IMG/VR virus record: IMGVR_UViG_3300028805_000094
Span: 16,181 to 80,180 of that record
Reading direction: 5' to 3' (one strand)
DNA length: 64,000 nt
DNA from: a virus
Taxonomy: Duplodnaviria > Caudoviricetes
Within the stretch, counting starts at the first letter, position 1; each line of letters begins with the position of its first letter. This document shows, piece by piece, positions 28,960 to 42,900 of the stretch. The translations under genes were made by a program, and so were the position numbers. The notes under the pieces are model-generated. The model saw only the letters and a list, made by a program, of their open reading frames with translations, was not told the DNA's origin and did not search any database.

Positions 28960-29988
28960 ATGGGTGTTAATATTTTTGACAAATATGGCATTAAAGAGGT
29001 TGCTAACGTATATTTTGAGGCCCTAGATGATGATCCAGCGGCTGGTGTATACAAGGGCGACATCGTGCTATTCCTAGATTCTTTAAAGACTTCTACCATT
29101 GAAACAACTGCTGAGAATACTGCTGCGCAGGGCGGCTGGGGCAATCCTAAGCTAGTTCAGTGGGACTATGGTAAGGAGATTAACATTACTCTAACAGATG
29201 CTCTAATGTCCTTAGAGTCTCTACGTTTCATGCTTGGTGGCGCTATTAAGAAGTCCACTGATGCCGGCAAGACTGTTTATGTCCATCATACCGAAGAGGT
29301 TGTTGTTGACAGTGATGGTGACGTTCCAGCGCCTAAAGACCATTTAACTGGTGTGACTCTTTATCCCAAGGCTATTAAAGACCATCCAATTAAGCTAATT
29401 AATCTTGGCGGTGGCGTTGATGCACAAGGTAATGCTAGTTCAACTGCTGGTACTCGCACGCAGATTGTTGTAACTGATGAAGCGAATGCTATGGTAGCTA
29501 AGAATACGATTAAGTTTAAGAATCCTAAAGCTGGTGTTACAACTCCAACCGCGCCTCTCCCTGGCGATCATATTCGTATTTTCTGGGACGAAGCTGTTAA
29601 TGCGGAACATGCTACGGAATCCGCTGTTGAAGTAACTATTTCTCCTGATACCTTCCCTGGCACTTATAAGGTTGTTGGCGATACCTTTATGCGGTCTGAG
29701 AAGACTGGTAAGGATGAGCCATTCCAGTTTGTTATTAATAAAGCTAAAGTTCAGAGCAATGTTACAATCACTCTAGAGGCCGAAGGTGATCCTTCTACTT
29801 TTGAGATGACTCTAAACGTTCTCCGTTCTACTAATGATGAAGGTCAGAATGAAATGATGAAGCTAGTTCGTTATAATATCGCTGATTCCAGTTCTGCGGA
29901 TGCTGGTAACGATCATGGCTCTTTAGCGGCCAGTTCTACCACCACCGTCGTAACTGAACAAGGCGAAGATACCGGCACTGGTAACTAA
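28960..29988 (+). CDS. major tail (tube) protein
   Basis: Strong RBS and codon bias, no TAG; AQGGWGNPKLVQWD and GDTFMRSEKTGKDE motifs; followed by a terminator. Confidence 0.8.
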   Translation: MGVNIFDKYGIKEVANVYFEALDDDPAAGVYKGDIVLFLDSLKTSTIETTAENTAAQGGWGNPKLVQWDYGKEINITLTDALMSLESLRFMLGGAIKKSTDAGKTVYVHHTEEVVVDSDGDVPAPKDHLTGVTLYPKAIKDHPIKLINLGGGVDAQGNASSTAGTRTQIVVTDEANAMVAKNTIKFKNPKAGVTTPTAPLPGDHIRIFWDEAVNAEHATESAVEVTISPDTFPGTYKVVGDTFMRSEKTGKDEPFQFVINKAKVQSNVTITLEAEGDPSTFEMTLNVLRSTNDEGQNEMMKLVRYNIADSSSADAGNDHGSLAASSTTTVVTEQGEDTGTGN

Positions 29989-30000
29989 TTTAATATAAAT

Positions 30001-30033
30001 AACAGGCTAGGATTTATTCCTAGCCTGTTTTTA
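30001..30033 (+). terminator. intrinsic terminator after the tail tube gene
   Basis: AACAGGCTAGGA-TTTAT-TCCTAGCCTGTT followed by a T tract. Confidence 0.85.
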
Positions 30034-30050
30034 TTATTGAGGAATAACAT

Positions 30051-30929
30051 ATGATAGATCAATATTTTGGAGTGAAAGAACTCTATGAAGTTATTCTGCG
30101 CGCAAAGGTTCCAATGCGATTTGGGAGCCGTATGTTAGAAGCTGATGAACCTGTTCTGTATTTTGAACACGTAATGATGTCTTTGCTGAAAGAATCTAGT
30201 CAGCCAGTTATGGCGCGCGGCGGTTGGTCTAATCTTCCTAGGGTTATTTGGGAAGATCGTTCTGAAGTTGCTTTCTCTTTATCAGAAGGTGTTTTATCTT
30301 CTATTAGTTTAGGAATATTATTAAGTGCTAGTATGAGTACACCAGAAAAAGGTGAAAAATTATTAGTACCAAAAAGGGAAGGCCCTTTTGAATTAAATGA
30401 TTAGCATAGGTTATACTTAGAGCATTGGCCTGTGTCACATGAAAAAAAGAAAACTTTTATTTTTGAATATGATAGAGATGTGGCTCAAAAGAAAATATAT
30501 GGAAAAAGAATATTAGGGTAGAAAGACCCGTTTGAGCCAGATAAAGATAGACCTTGTTTGGAATTGTATAAAGACAAGGCATTGAGTGAATACGCGGATA
30601 TTGATAAGAAATATATAGTAGATTATTACTATGAGTATGGAGAAGACGCGCTAATATATACTATATAGAAAGAGCGTTTTAATGGATTATTCACCCTTGA
30701 AGGTAAGTTTTACTCCAAGGATGAAAACGAAGGCTTTAATTATACTAATTTAATTTATATGCCAAAAGTTAGAGTTGTGAGTAATATAAACTTACGCTTG
30801 GGAGAAAGGGCTGATCCAACAATGTCCGTTTTTAATATAATTGGACTACCAGAGAATATGGGAGATAATCGTAAGGGTATGATTTTAGAAATGACCCGCT
30901 TAAGTAGCGATATAGATGAAGAAATATAA
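30051..30929 (+). CDS. tail-tube-protein paralog (TAG=Gln)
   Basis: FGVKELYEV..VLYFE..ARGGWSNLPRVIWE mirrors YGIKEVANV..VLFLD..AQGGWGNPKLVQWD. Confidence 0.7.
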
Positions 30930-30966
30930 GCCACTTCCTAAGTGTTAGGAAGTGGCGTCTTTTTTT
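30930..30966 (+). terminator. intrinsic terminator before the tape measure gene
   Basis: GCCACTTCCTAA-GTG-TTAGGAAGTGGC followed by a T tract. Confidence 0.8.
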
Positions 30967-30995
30967 GTTTATGGAGAAAAGGAGTGTGAAAATAA

Positions 30996-33900
30996 GTGGC
31001 AAGTGAGATTGGTAGTTTTGTTGTAAGCTTAAAAGCTAAAATTGAAGGGTATCAGACAGAGCTAAAAAAAATGTAGGACGTAATGAATTAGATTGGCGCT
31101 GATACCAAAATAGGCAAGAATCTTGCTAAGCAATTTAAAAGTGTTAGTAGCGACGTTGAAAAGCTAGAACAAAAAATCAATTAGAGGATTTCTTCTGAAA
31201 GTTAGATTGTTAGATTAAAAGACTAGTTAGACGGCGTAGATAATAAAATTAAGGATATTGGCGGAACATTATAGCAAGTACAATTTAAAGATTTGGATAC
31301 TACAAAATTTACCGCCAGCATCCAAGAAATGAGCACCAAATTGAAGGAATTAGAAGCTTAGCTTTCTAATAACATGGGAGGCAGTTTTAATAAAATTATT
31401 CAAGGGTGGCTCGGAAAAAGTGATAATAAATTTGGTAATTTATTAGATAGATTAAAAATTGATCCAAAAGAATTAAATTATGAGAATTTTTCTCAAGTAT
31501 TTACAAAAGCTATGGAAGATGCTCGCGCGCGAGCATAGGATTTAAAAAAAGAGATTGAAGGTCTAACAAAACAAAAAGAACAATATGATAGATTAGCTTC
31601 AGAAGCAGAAAATCGTGCGAATTTTAATCCAACAGATGCGGTAAATCAATCTTTAGGTAAATTTGCTAATGTAAATGTAAAAGAATTATCTTAGGATAAA
31701 ATCAAAGATTTTTAGGATAATTTAACAAAATTCTTTCAGGATATAAATTTAGAGCCAGATATTTTAGAAAAGAAAGTTTAGCCGTTAATTGATAATTTAG
31801 TTAATTCTACAAGTAGCGGAGAATTTCAAAGAAAACTAGCACAATTTGAAGGAAATCTAGCAAAAAGTCTCGGTATGAATAAAACTAATATTGATTAGCT
31901 TTTATAGAATACCTTAAATATAGATCCAAAATAGTTCTTTAATTTTGATAATTTTTTAGATACTAGTAAAATAAATGATTTTTCAACGGAAGTGTCTAAT
32001 TTACTTAATAATTTAATGCCAGACAAAAGTTCTGATGAAATTAGTGCAACATATGAAACTGTTTTTAAAGCTTTTACTAATGGGAGTCCAGCAGAAGCTA
32101 TTAAAGCAGTAACTACAGCATTATAGGAATATTAGAAGGAGCAACAAGCAGTAGCAACTTCAAATAGAAGTTCAAGCGAAGCAATTGGACAAACTATAAA
32201 GGATTTAACTTCAGAATAGAAACAAATTCCTAAAGATATTCAAAGCGGGAACGGCTATTTATCTGTTTTACAATCAAATTATAATTCATTGTTACAAAAA
32301 TATGATGAATTAAAACAATAGGTTGAGGAACTACGTTCTTAGCTGAGAGATGCTGGAAAAAATGCAGAAGGTAATATTCATACCGCAGGAACAAATATTT
32401 AGCAAAGTGGATAGAGTGGCCTTGCTGAAAATATTCGTTTAGCAAAGCAATATTCTCAAGAACTTGAATCTGTCAAAAATGCTGAATAGATGGTTGGAAA
32501 AATTGAGGGCATTACTCAGCGCTGGTTTAGTGTATATGCAGCAGTAAGGATGGTTACTAATGCAATTAATTCAATGAAACAAACTATTGCTGAATTAGAT
32601 AAAACCATTACTGAAATTGCTATTGTTACTGATATGTCTCAATCTGACTTGTGGGGTTAGATGGATACTTACACAAGTATGGCAAGAGAATATGCAGCAT
32701 CTATTTCTGGCGTTTATAAAGTTTCACAATTATACTATCAGCAAGGTTTACAGACTGCCGATGTAATGGCATTAACTGAATCAACCTTAAAGATGGCGCG
32801 CATTTCTGGTTTGGATTATGCAGATGCGACTAACTATATGACAAACGCTGTCCGCTCTTTCAAGATGGAAATGTCGGAAGCAGATAAGGTTGTAGATGTA
32901 TATTCCGCTATCGCGGCAAAGTCTGCTACTGATGTTAGCGAATTAGCAGTAGCTATGAGTAAGACAGCATCTTCTGCAGAAGCTGTTGGTTCTAGTTTCG
33001 AGAATACAACAGCTATGATGGCTGTTATGATTGAAGCTACTCGTGAATCTTCTCAGAATATTGGTAGTGCAATGAAATCCATAATTTCACGTTATGGTGA
33101 ATTGAAAGAAAATCCCAGTAAGCTGGTAGATTCAGAAGGCGAGGAACTTAGTTTAAACAAAGTTGATACTGCCTTACAAAGCGTTGGTATTAGTATCCAT
33201 AATGCACAAGGTCAATTCCGTGAATTTGATGATGTTATTATGGAGTTAGCAGAAGCATGGGATACTATTGATGTCAATACGTAGAGATATATTGCAACTG
33301 TAATGGCTGGTAATAGACAGCAATCTCGATTCTTAGCACTAGTTGGTAGTGGAGAAAGATTAAAACAATTGGCGACTGAGGCTGCGGATGCGGAGAATGC
33401 TTCTCAATTACAGTTCTTAAAAACATTAGATAGTATTGGAGCTAAGTAGCAACAACTAGAAACAAGTTTATAGAGTTTATATACGAGTAGCGGATTAGAG
33501 CAGTTTTATAAGTGGATATTGGATGTTGGTAATGCAATAGTTACGCAGTTTAACAACATACCAAGATTATTTAATTTGCCGATTCCTGCTATATTAAGTT
33601 TTGCGACTACTTTCTATTCATTAGCTGACGTTGTGACTAATGTATTCGGTATTATAATGAATAGAATGGCAGTACATAGATAGCAACTTGAAGCAAGTTT
33701 GTCTAATAGTGCGAATACTTAGGTATAGATTGAAGTAGATAAAAATAATTAGGTATTACGTGCTCAAGAAAACGCTCATGCAAAAGAAGAGCAAGAGCAA
33801 GAACGCCATGAAGAAACTATGGCAAAGATACGTGCTACCGGCGGGCGTATAAATGCATATGCCAATGGAAGACCTGCTGATTTTGTTCCAGGTGGAGAGA

Positions 33901-36900
33901 ACAAATAGTATGGTAATGTAAAAACAGTTAATACTGCTTCATTAGGATTGAACTTGGCTAGTTTGGGGCTTGGAGCTATAGCGACTGGTTTAAAGGGTTC
34001 TAGTAATGAAGGAATGTAGAAGGTTGGTGGTATTACTGGAGCGTTTTCTCGTGCGGCGAGTGGCGCAGCATTAGGTTTTACTTTAGGCGGGGGCCCTCAT
34101 GGAGCTGTTGTCGGCGCGGCAATTGGCGGTATAGTAGGCGCGTTTGAAAATCTTAATGCTATATTACCTTCTACTAAAGTTTAGATTGAGAATTTAACTA
34201 AAGCGGCAACTGACGCTAATAATAAAGCATTACAAGAATAGGCAGAATCTAAGTCATTATAGTCTTCTATTGATAAAATAAAAGAATTAGAAAAAGCTAG
34301 ATATAGTAGCGTTGAAGCAGAAGAGAAATATTTAGAGGCTAATGACGCGCTTGCAGCATCACATTCTGAATTAATTGCTCGTTATGATGAAACAGGTAGA
34401 GCAATTATTGATTTATCTTCAGCTAATAATTTACTGCAAGAATCTTTATAGAATACCGCAGATGCTACTAGAGATGCAGCAATTGCTAATTATCGAAAAA
34501 CAGAAAAAGAAAAAGAAAGTAATACGGGTCCAGTTTTTACTTCTACGGCGGGAAAAACTTCAAATTTATTTACTGCTTTATAGGCACAAAGTAATCAAAA
34601 AGTACGCACAAAAGCCGCGACAATTGACTAGGACTCTGATAGTCTTTTATAGACTATTAAAAATGATACTATAAAAAATATTGCAAGAACTTTCTTAAAG
34701 GAAGACATTTCGACTAAAGAAGTTTGGGAAGGATTAAATAGCGCGCGAACATCAGCAAAAGAGATTGAAGGATTAACTGAATTTGATCAAGCTGTTTTAG
34801 ATTATATTAATAATACTATGGATGCTTATGAAGTTCAAGTTACGAAATTTATTGCAAGTGATAATAAATTATCTAAAACGGGAAAAGCTGGTGCTCAAAA
34901 TTATATTAATTCTCTTCTTAAAATAGAAACGTATTAGGATAAATTTTTTGAGGATGTTACAGACAGTAATGATATAATTGCAGCGATGTTACTAAATCTT
35001 TTTAATGATTATAATGGTGATTATACTAAGTATATGAATGATATGCCAAGTAATTTAGAAAAGGTTTAGGAATAGTTAAAAAATGCAATTAATACGATTG
35101 GTATAGATGAGTTTAATAAATTAATAGATTTAAGAAAAACTACAAGTGCGGAAGGCATAACTAGTTATATTAATGAAAAATTTTCTGGATTTGATGAAGC
35201 AGTTCGATAGGCTCTTTTAGATTATTTTACCAGCGTTTATAATATTAGTGATTTTACGAATAATATTGCTAGCTTTAATTCTAAAGGCATTCAAGATATT
35301 TTAAATGCGTTCTCAAAGTCTTTTTCTGATTTATCTGATACAGAATTATTAGCAATAAATGCTTAGGCGGAGTAGATTGACAAAAAGATTGCTACATCCG
35401 GATTAACAGAAAAATAGGGACAGGCCGCTTTAAATACTTATTTGAGTCTTTGGGCAAGTTTAGAGTCAAAGACAAATGGACTAGATTAGTCATAGAGAGA
35501 TGCCGCAGAAGGACTATTATAGGCTTGGGATGGAACTGCGCAAGGGTTAGAAGCTATAATAGATACAATTCCAGAAACTGAAAAGACAAGGGTGTTGTTA
35601 AACCAATTTAGAATATTAATTAATTAGCTTTCTAACAATTTAAATACAACCTTTAGTACCCTAGCTTCTTCTATCGCAGAAGGAATTAAAGATTTTGATA
35701 CGGCTATTGCTGATATGGCAAAAGGCGTATCTATGGATAAGGCAGTTGAGTATGCAGATAAATTTGGAGCAGATATAAGTAAATTTGAATTAGATTACTC
35801 AACTGGGTTGTTTAAATATGATGATTTAAATGTTTTACAATAGAAATATTTTGATAATTTAAATGAACAAATTACTAATGCGAATAGTTATTTAGAAAAA
35901 TATACTGATTCAAAAAATGCGGATGCTATAAATGACGCTTTAACAGCTTTAAAAAATTCTAAGGATGGCAAAATTGATAACTCTTTATTTGATGCGATTA
36001 AAGGATTAAATAAGGAGGAGATTGAACCAGAATTAAAAGCTTATATAGAATACACCAAGACAGCAGGCGATAACGCATTAGAATTTTTTGATTGGATTAC
36101 TAATAAATATAAAGGTATTGCAGAAATATCTGGGCAAGCATTATAGAATGCTCAAGCACGCGGCGCCTTATAGTTGGGGGATTTAAATGGATTCCTAAAA
36201 TAGATGAACGTCGATGAGAGTAAATATAATGAAGTAATTTAGTCATTATTGTCTAATAATGGATTCAATTATGAAGATATTAAGAAGATCGCGGGTCAAA
36301 CCGCCGCGGATGAGATGCAAAAATATGCTACTGCAATTAGTGAAGCTTTAGGAGATATTACTAAAAATTCAGTAGACGCTGCAATTTCGTCAATAACAAA
36401 TGGTAAGGTTGAAAATATTCAAGTTAATCAAGCTAATGAGGATATATTAAGGAAACTCGGCGCGACCGGCGTAGACAGCGGGTCCGCTACTCTAGATTGG
36501 TCTGATACTGATATTAATAGTTATCAGGCTAGAGTTAACTAGATTCTCACTACTGGCTTATCTCCAAAAGATATGGATTCTGCGCTCAGTAGTCTTGAAT
36601 CAGCAGTATATAATATAGATGTATCTGAAGCAATTAATTCTGTTATTAGCTCTTATGAAGGATTTGGTATTGAAGTCGCAAATACTTTTGCATAGGCAAC
36701 TGGCAAGTCATTATCCATGTTATAGTCGGCAGGAATTTTATCATTTAATAAATTAACTGGAAAATATAGTGCTAATATTGAAAAATTACGCATATTTATT
36801 GCTAGGCAAGAGAATTTATCAAATAAAGATTAGAATGCAATGTTGGCTAATATAGATAAGCAAATACGTGAAACTAGCGGAATTTCTGTCTTTAATAATA

Positions 36901-39900
36901 TAGCAAAAGATTATAATAATTTAACAGAAGAATCTATTCAATAGTTAGCAGATAAATTAGAACTTAGTTATGATACAATAAAAGATTCTCTAACACCAAA
37001 TAATGATGGAACTTATAAAGTTGATTTAGCCAGATTACAACAATTATAGCAAAATTTAGGCGCGGCCGCGGATAATAATGCGAAAGAAACCATTGCTTCT
37101 ATAATAGATGACTATATTGCATAGCTTTCTAATATTAGTTCAATTTAGAATTCTGGATATACTAATTTAGGCGATATGCAAAAAATTGCTAATGAAATTA
37201 ATAATGGTAATTTAGACATTTTTGAATGGGATAATCAGTTAAAATCATATGTTTTAAATAGGCAAGGTATAATTTAGCAAGTTTTACATGCCACCAGTGA
37301 ATTAAATTCATTGGATTCGGGAAGTCAAGAATATCAAAAAGCTGCACAGCTAATTAAAGTTAATGGGCAGTTATTAGCTGAAAATATTAATTTTACTGAT
37401 TTATTAAATAGTGTAGGTACTAGTGAATATGTAAAGAACGCTTTACAATTTATTGATGCAGTAGAAGATTATAACGCTTATCTTTTAGCTACTGGTGAAA
37501 CCACTTTATTAGATGCTGAAAATTTATTAAAGGCTGTTTCGGAAGGTGGAAAATCCGCCGTAGCAGCGGCGAAAGTAATTGCTTAGGCCAGCGGTAAATA
37601 GCTTACTGGTAAAGATATTGAAGATGCTTATAGATCAAGTGCAGTACAACTTAATACTGCTGTAGATCAACTTGAAACATCAGTCGGCGGAATAATTGAT
37701 AAAATTACTTATAATATTTTAACAGTTAATGGTCAAATAAATACTTAGAATTTTGAAGATCTTGGTGGCGGTAAATATCTTGTAAAAACAGCAATTGATC
37801 TTGTGGATGGATATGAACGTTTACTTTATAAAATGGCAGAAAATGGTACTTCTACATTAGAAGAAATTAATGCTTTAGAAGTAAAAATCCTCACTCAGGG
37901 AAAAAATAAAAGTATGGCCGCTGCAGATTCTTTAAGTGGAATAGCAGATATTAGTTATGATGCTCTTGGGAAAATTGCTCAAGAACTTGGCAAAGATGTA
38001 TTTACATTAATTAATGAATTAGGACCTTCTATTGAAGACCTTGGCAATGGTAAAGCTAGAATAACTAATTTTGCTCATTTTGCCAATCTTACTGGAATTG
38101 AAAAAGGCACAGAAGCATATACAGAGGCTTATATTTCTTATAATGATGCAATTATTAGCAGTTAGAATAAAACTAAAGAAGAATTACTTAATACCGTTAA
38201 AAATATAAGTAGTGCAAAAGCGGGCGATCAAATTAATGTTGCAACTTTGACTGCTAATTTAGATAATGATATTGTTTATAGTTTAAACGATGCATTAAGT
38301 AAATATGGGGCCAGAATAAAAAATGGTATATTACAATTAGGCGATAATGCTAATATTGTAGCCGTAACAAAAATTATTTAGGATGCTGCCGCTGCAACTG
38401 GAGAATTAGCTGAGCATGATATAGCAGAGATTTAGGATGCTATTGAGACCTTTCTAAATAATATAACTAATATAATTAAATAGGGTATTGCTGGTACATT
38501 AAATAATACTGGGAAATTAGATTTATAGCAATCTTTGAAATCTGCTTATGGCGTTGAATTAGGTGATTCAGATTTTACAAAAGGCGCAGAAGGATTTAAG
38601 TTAACTGAATAGGCAGCAATTAGAGTTTATAATACAATAAAATAGATTGATACATTATAGGGATAGTTAGTTTTAACTGAATTAAATAATTCTCTAAAAG
38701 AAAGCAATGAGAATTATAAAGGAATGGGCGATATAATGAATCGTATCGCTCAATTGAAGGAAAAAATTGATAATCCAAACGGTGTAAGTTCAGAAAGATT
38801 ACAAGAATATAAAGAAGAACTAGCTGTCGCGCAAGAAATAGCTTAGGTAAGGGCAACAACTGATAGCTCAGATTCTTTTGCCTTTATGGATAATAAATTA
38901 CCTGGCGCAATGGAGAATCCACTAACCTATGCAGAAAACTGGGGTAAAGCTATTAACATTCTATAGAAATAGTCTTCTGGTACTAAGAAGGGCTTTATCG
39001 ACGCTCGTGACTGGTATAATATTGCTAATGAGATGAATAATATTGCAAAAGTTAGCGGGCAATCAATAGATTTATTTGGTCATACATTAAGTGGAAAAAT
39101 GAAAGATGCATCTGAACTTATATAGGCTGGTTTTAGCCATTTAAAGTCTATAGATGGCGGGAAGATGCAAGTAGATTTATCAGCAATGCTGAGCGGTATT
39201 GGTAGTGCTTTTGAAAAAGGAGCGATGGACTCTGAAGGTAGCATTACAAAAGGCATCCATGCTATGGCTAAGTCTTAGATGGACATGCTGGATGGTCTTA
39301 TTGCTGTTCTTGAAACCGTTGTTGCAATGCAAGATGCATTTTCTGGACTCGATGCGGGAAAAGACTAGAAGCTTGATTTTGATGAGCTGTTTGAAAATTT
39401 AATACCAACAGGTGATTTAAAAACTGCTGCAGAAAGATTATTAGACAAATTTCCTGACCTTAAAGACCCAAACAATCCATTAACACAAATTAAAATTAAT
39501 GGTGAAACGTTGGCTAAATTGTTAGAAGACGCTAAAAATCAAGTTAAATTTTCAGAAGAAAATGCTAGGGGACTAGCAGCAGCGATAAGCGCTTTATATC
39601 AGGCTATGCTTTCTGGTAATTATGATTTAGACAATATTTATGATAGTGTAAAATAGGTATTATAGCAATCTGGCTTAATTAATGGAAAATTATCAATTGA
39701 TGTTGGTACAACAACCTTATATCTTACTGGTAATGTTATTACTTAGATAGACTGGGGTTCAGATAAAGTTAAAGAAGCCATTAAAAAAGCTTTTGGAGAA
39801 GAGAATAATGCAGATGGTAAGACACCAGAAGAGCAAGCTAGAGAAGTTATGGATGACTTTTCTAAAAATCCGTAGTAGCTGCTAAAAGAGGCCGATGCCA

Positions 39901-42900
39901 ATAAGTTAAAATTTATTTTATCTGTTAGTTCAGAAGTCACCATTGATGAAAAAACTGGGGAATATATTGTTGATGGACATCGTTTTACAGACGAAAAAGA
40001 AGCTTATTAGGCATTATTATTAAAGAAAGCTTCTAAAAATGCGGAACTTACTTTTACTAAAGATGAAAATGGCAAAGAAAAATTAACTGGCGCTGTAATT
40101 AAAGGTACGGAAAATGCTCAGGTTGAAATGACCATTGATTCAGATGGTAATATTTGGTATGTATATAAAGGTGAAAATGGAGTAGGCAAAGCTAAAACAC
40201 CTCAAGAAGCTATTAGAAATTATTTTAGAAATCATCAAGATGAATGGGGAGACAGTTTAACTTTAGATGACGTAGTTCATAAGAAATCAGTTGAATTCAA
40301 TATAGATGCTTCTACGGGCATTACTTTTGGTGGAAAAGATAAAGAAGGTAATAAGACAGATAAGCCTACTTTAGCATAGTCTAAAATGGCGTAGGAATTA
40401 CTTAATAACCCCAATATATAGACATATGAATAGTTAAGAAAATATTCCGAAGAAAATCCAGAATTAGGACTTGAAGTAGATACTACATTAAAAGGACCGT
40501 TATCTGTTGCTGACATGCAAAAAATTGCTGAAATATATGGTGTTGACTATAAAATGGAATCTAAATAGTTATCTCTTTCGGTTTCATTAGCAGAAGGCAC
40601 CTCAGCAACGTTATAGAATCTTTTAACTGGTGAAAATGCTACCGCCACTCTTGAAATTACCCCCACTATTGTTGGTTCCACTACTTCCGGAGAAGGCACT
40701 GAAAACGGTCTTCAGCTAGGAGAGTAGCTAATAAATGCGCCAATAAGAATCAATCCAACCGATGTTCAGTTAAATGGCAATACTTTCTTATATGATAAAG
40801 CCTTGACTGTATATGCAGCAATATCTAACTTAAAGCTATTACCAGGAGAAGGTGGAACTACTGCGGTTGAAGGCGGAACTGGGAATCCATTATCTGAGCA
40901 GGCAAAAGCGTAGTTACAATAGATAGTAGATACTATTTGGAGCGATGAGAGTATAAATACCGTAAAAGCACTTCAAGCAACAGCTTATCTTGGAGAAATT
41001 CTCTTTGCAACAAATGAGGCAACTGTAAATACTCCACCGAAAATAGTTGTACCACAAGACTGGATTGGAGAAAAAAGTCTTTTAAAGGTAGACAAGATTT
41101 TAACATTCTTATATGATCTAGAATATAAACCCACAGAAGCGGCAAAAGCTGAAACTATATAGGTAGATACACCTGGCCCATTAGAAACGATAGACATAGA
41201 ACAGCCATATCGTATTGTGTTCGTTCCAGAAGGTGAAGGTGGTGAGAACGAGCCTCAACAACCCGCTGGGCTTTCAATGGGTGCTGAATAGATTCAAGGT
41301 GGAATTATCGCTGGTAATTCTGATTATTCCGACTATTTAACTTCTATGTCGCAATACTTATAGAAAGGCGGCACGCTTAGCCAAGCAGGAGCTAATAGCA
41401 TAAGTTAGATTGCTAACGCGACAAGAGATAATGCAGGAACCCAAGAATTCTATGAGCAATTCTTTGGAGAAAATGGGTTATTTAATATTGATGATAATGG
41501 TAATATCTCGGCTATGACTACTTAGTTATAGGACATGGGTGAAGCGCTGAGTGATGGTGAACTTATTAGTAACATGTAGAATTTAAGTACATTAGTACTT
41601 GAAGTTAATTCTACGGATTCAAATGGGCTAGCTGCACTTTGGACAGTACTAACAGAGTTAAAAGACGCTGCAAGTGTCTTTATGGAAGGGCCTTGGAAAG
41701 ATGTTACTAGTGTATTAAATGATTTAAGCTCATTAAATATTGAAGCCAAGACCTTAACTATTGATACGGTTCTAACTGGTGAAACTTGGGCGTTAGAGTT
41801 ACTTAAAGATTTATCTAATTCTACAATGAATTTTAATTTAAATCTTGGTGGTACTACAACTACGACAACGCCAACACCAGGGCTTCCAGGGCAAAATCCC
41901 GATATGACGCAATTCCCACAAACTGGCGGTATGCAAGGTACATATGCTGCGGCTTATGCTGGAGTAGGAGTAGGAGTAGGAGTAGGAGGCCAATATGGTG
42001 CTACACCATATGGTAATATGGCAAGTGCTACTCCTGCAACGCCACCCACTCAAGAGCAGCCAGAACTTGATACTGATAAAATGGAAGAAGGCATCGAAGA
42101 GACTAATGAACAAATAAACGCAATGGCCGAAGCAAGTGCTAAGGTGGCAGAAGGAGCAGGTGAGTTTGCGTCACAAACCGAAGCCGTAGCAGGAGCTATG
42201 GAAGAAGCAGATAGTACTATAATAACTCTTCAAGCGGGTGTTTCTACTTTCGCTACTAATGCTGGGACTGGTGCTGCGAATGCAGAAGCTGCTGCACAAG
42301 CTTTAATAAAAATACCAAAGAAAATTCCTATTAAAGCAGAAGTTGATTTATCTGTTAAGGCGGATATGACCGGTGGTGTTGCTCCGGCAAAAGGTGGGGC
42401 GTTAAGCGTAGAAGTTCGTGATGTAAGATTGGAGCAGTCAGAATTTGTCTTATCAGAAGCCAAAGGCACCAATCTTGCCTTACCAAAAGGCAATGCTCAA
42501 ACTCTTATGGGCGAACTTGGCCCTGAACTTTATGTCACTAACGGTAGATATTATGTTGCTGGACAAAATGGCCCTGAGTTTGTTGATTTACCAAAAGATG
42601 CTATCGTATTTAATCATGTAAAAACAAGATAGCTCTTAAAGAACGGAAAAACTAGCGGGCATGGTAAGCCAGTTACAAATGAAAAGAATGCCATCTCATT
42701 CGCTACTGGTACTCCTGGTGGCCCCGCTATGGCGAGTGCAAGTGCGGCCCTCGCCGCATTAAAGCAACTGCGTGCGATGTGGGCTTCACTACTTAAATCC
42801 AGCGCCAAAGACTTAGGCTCTTAGGCCGGTCGTGGTGGCGGAGGCGGAGGCGATGATGCCGGTAAGTACGTACAGCCAACCACTACTACCGCGGATATTC

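Noticed and set aside
29988-30996. Programmed -1 frameshift tail chaperone pair before the TMP
   Set aside because: The gene here is a tail-tube paralog ending cleanly at a terminator; I found no convincing slippery site with an open second frame.
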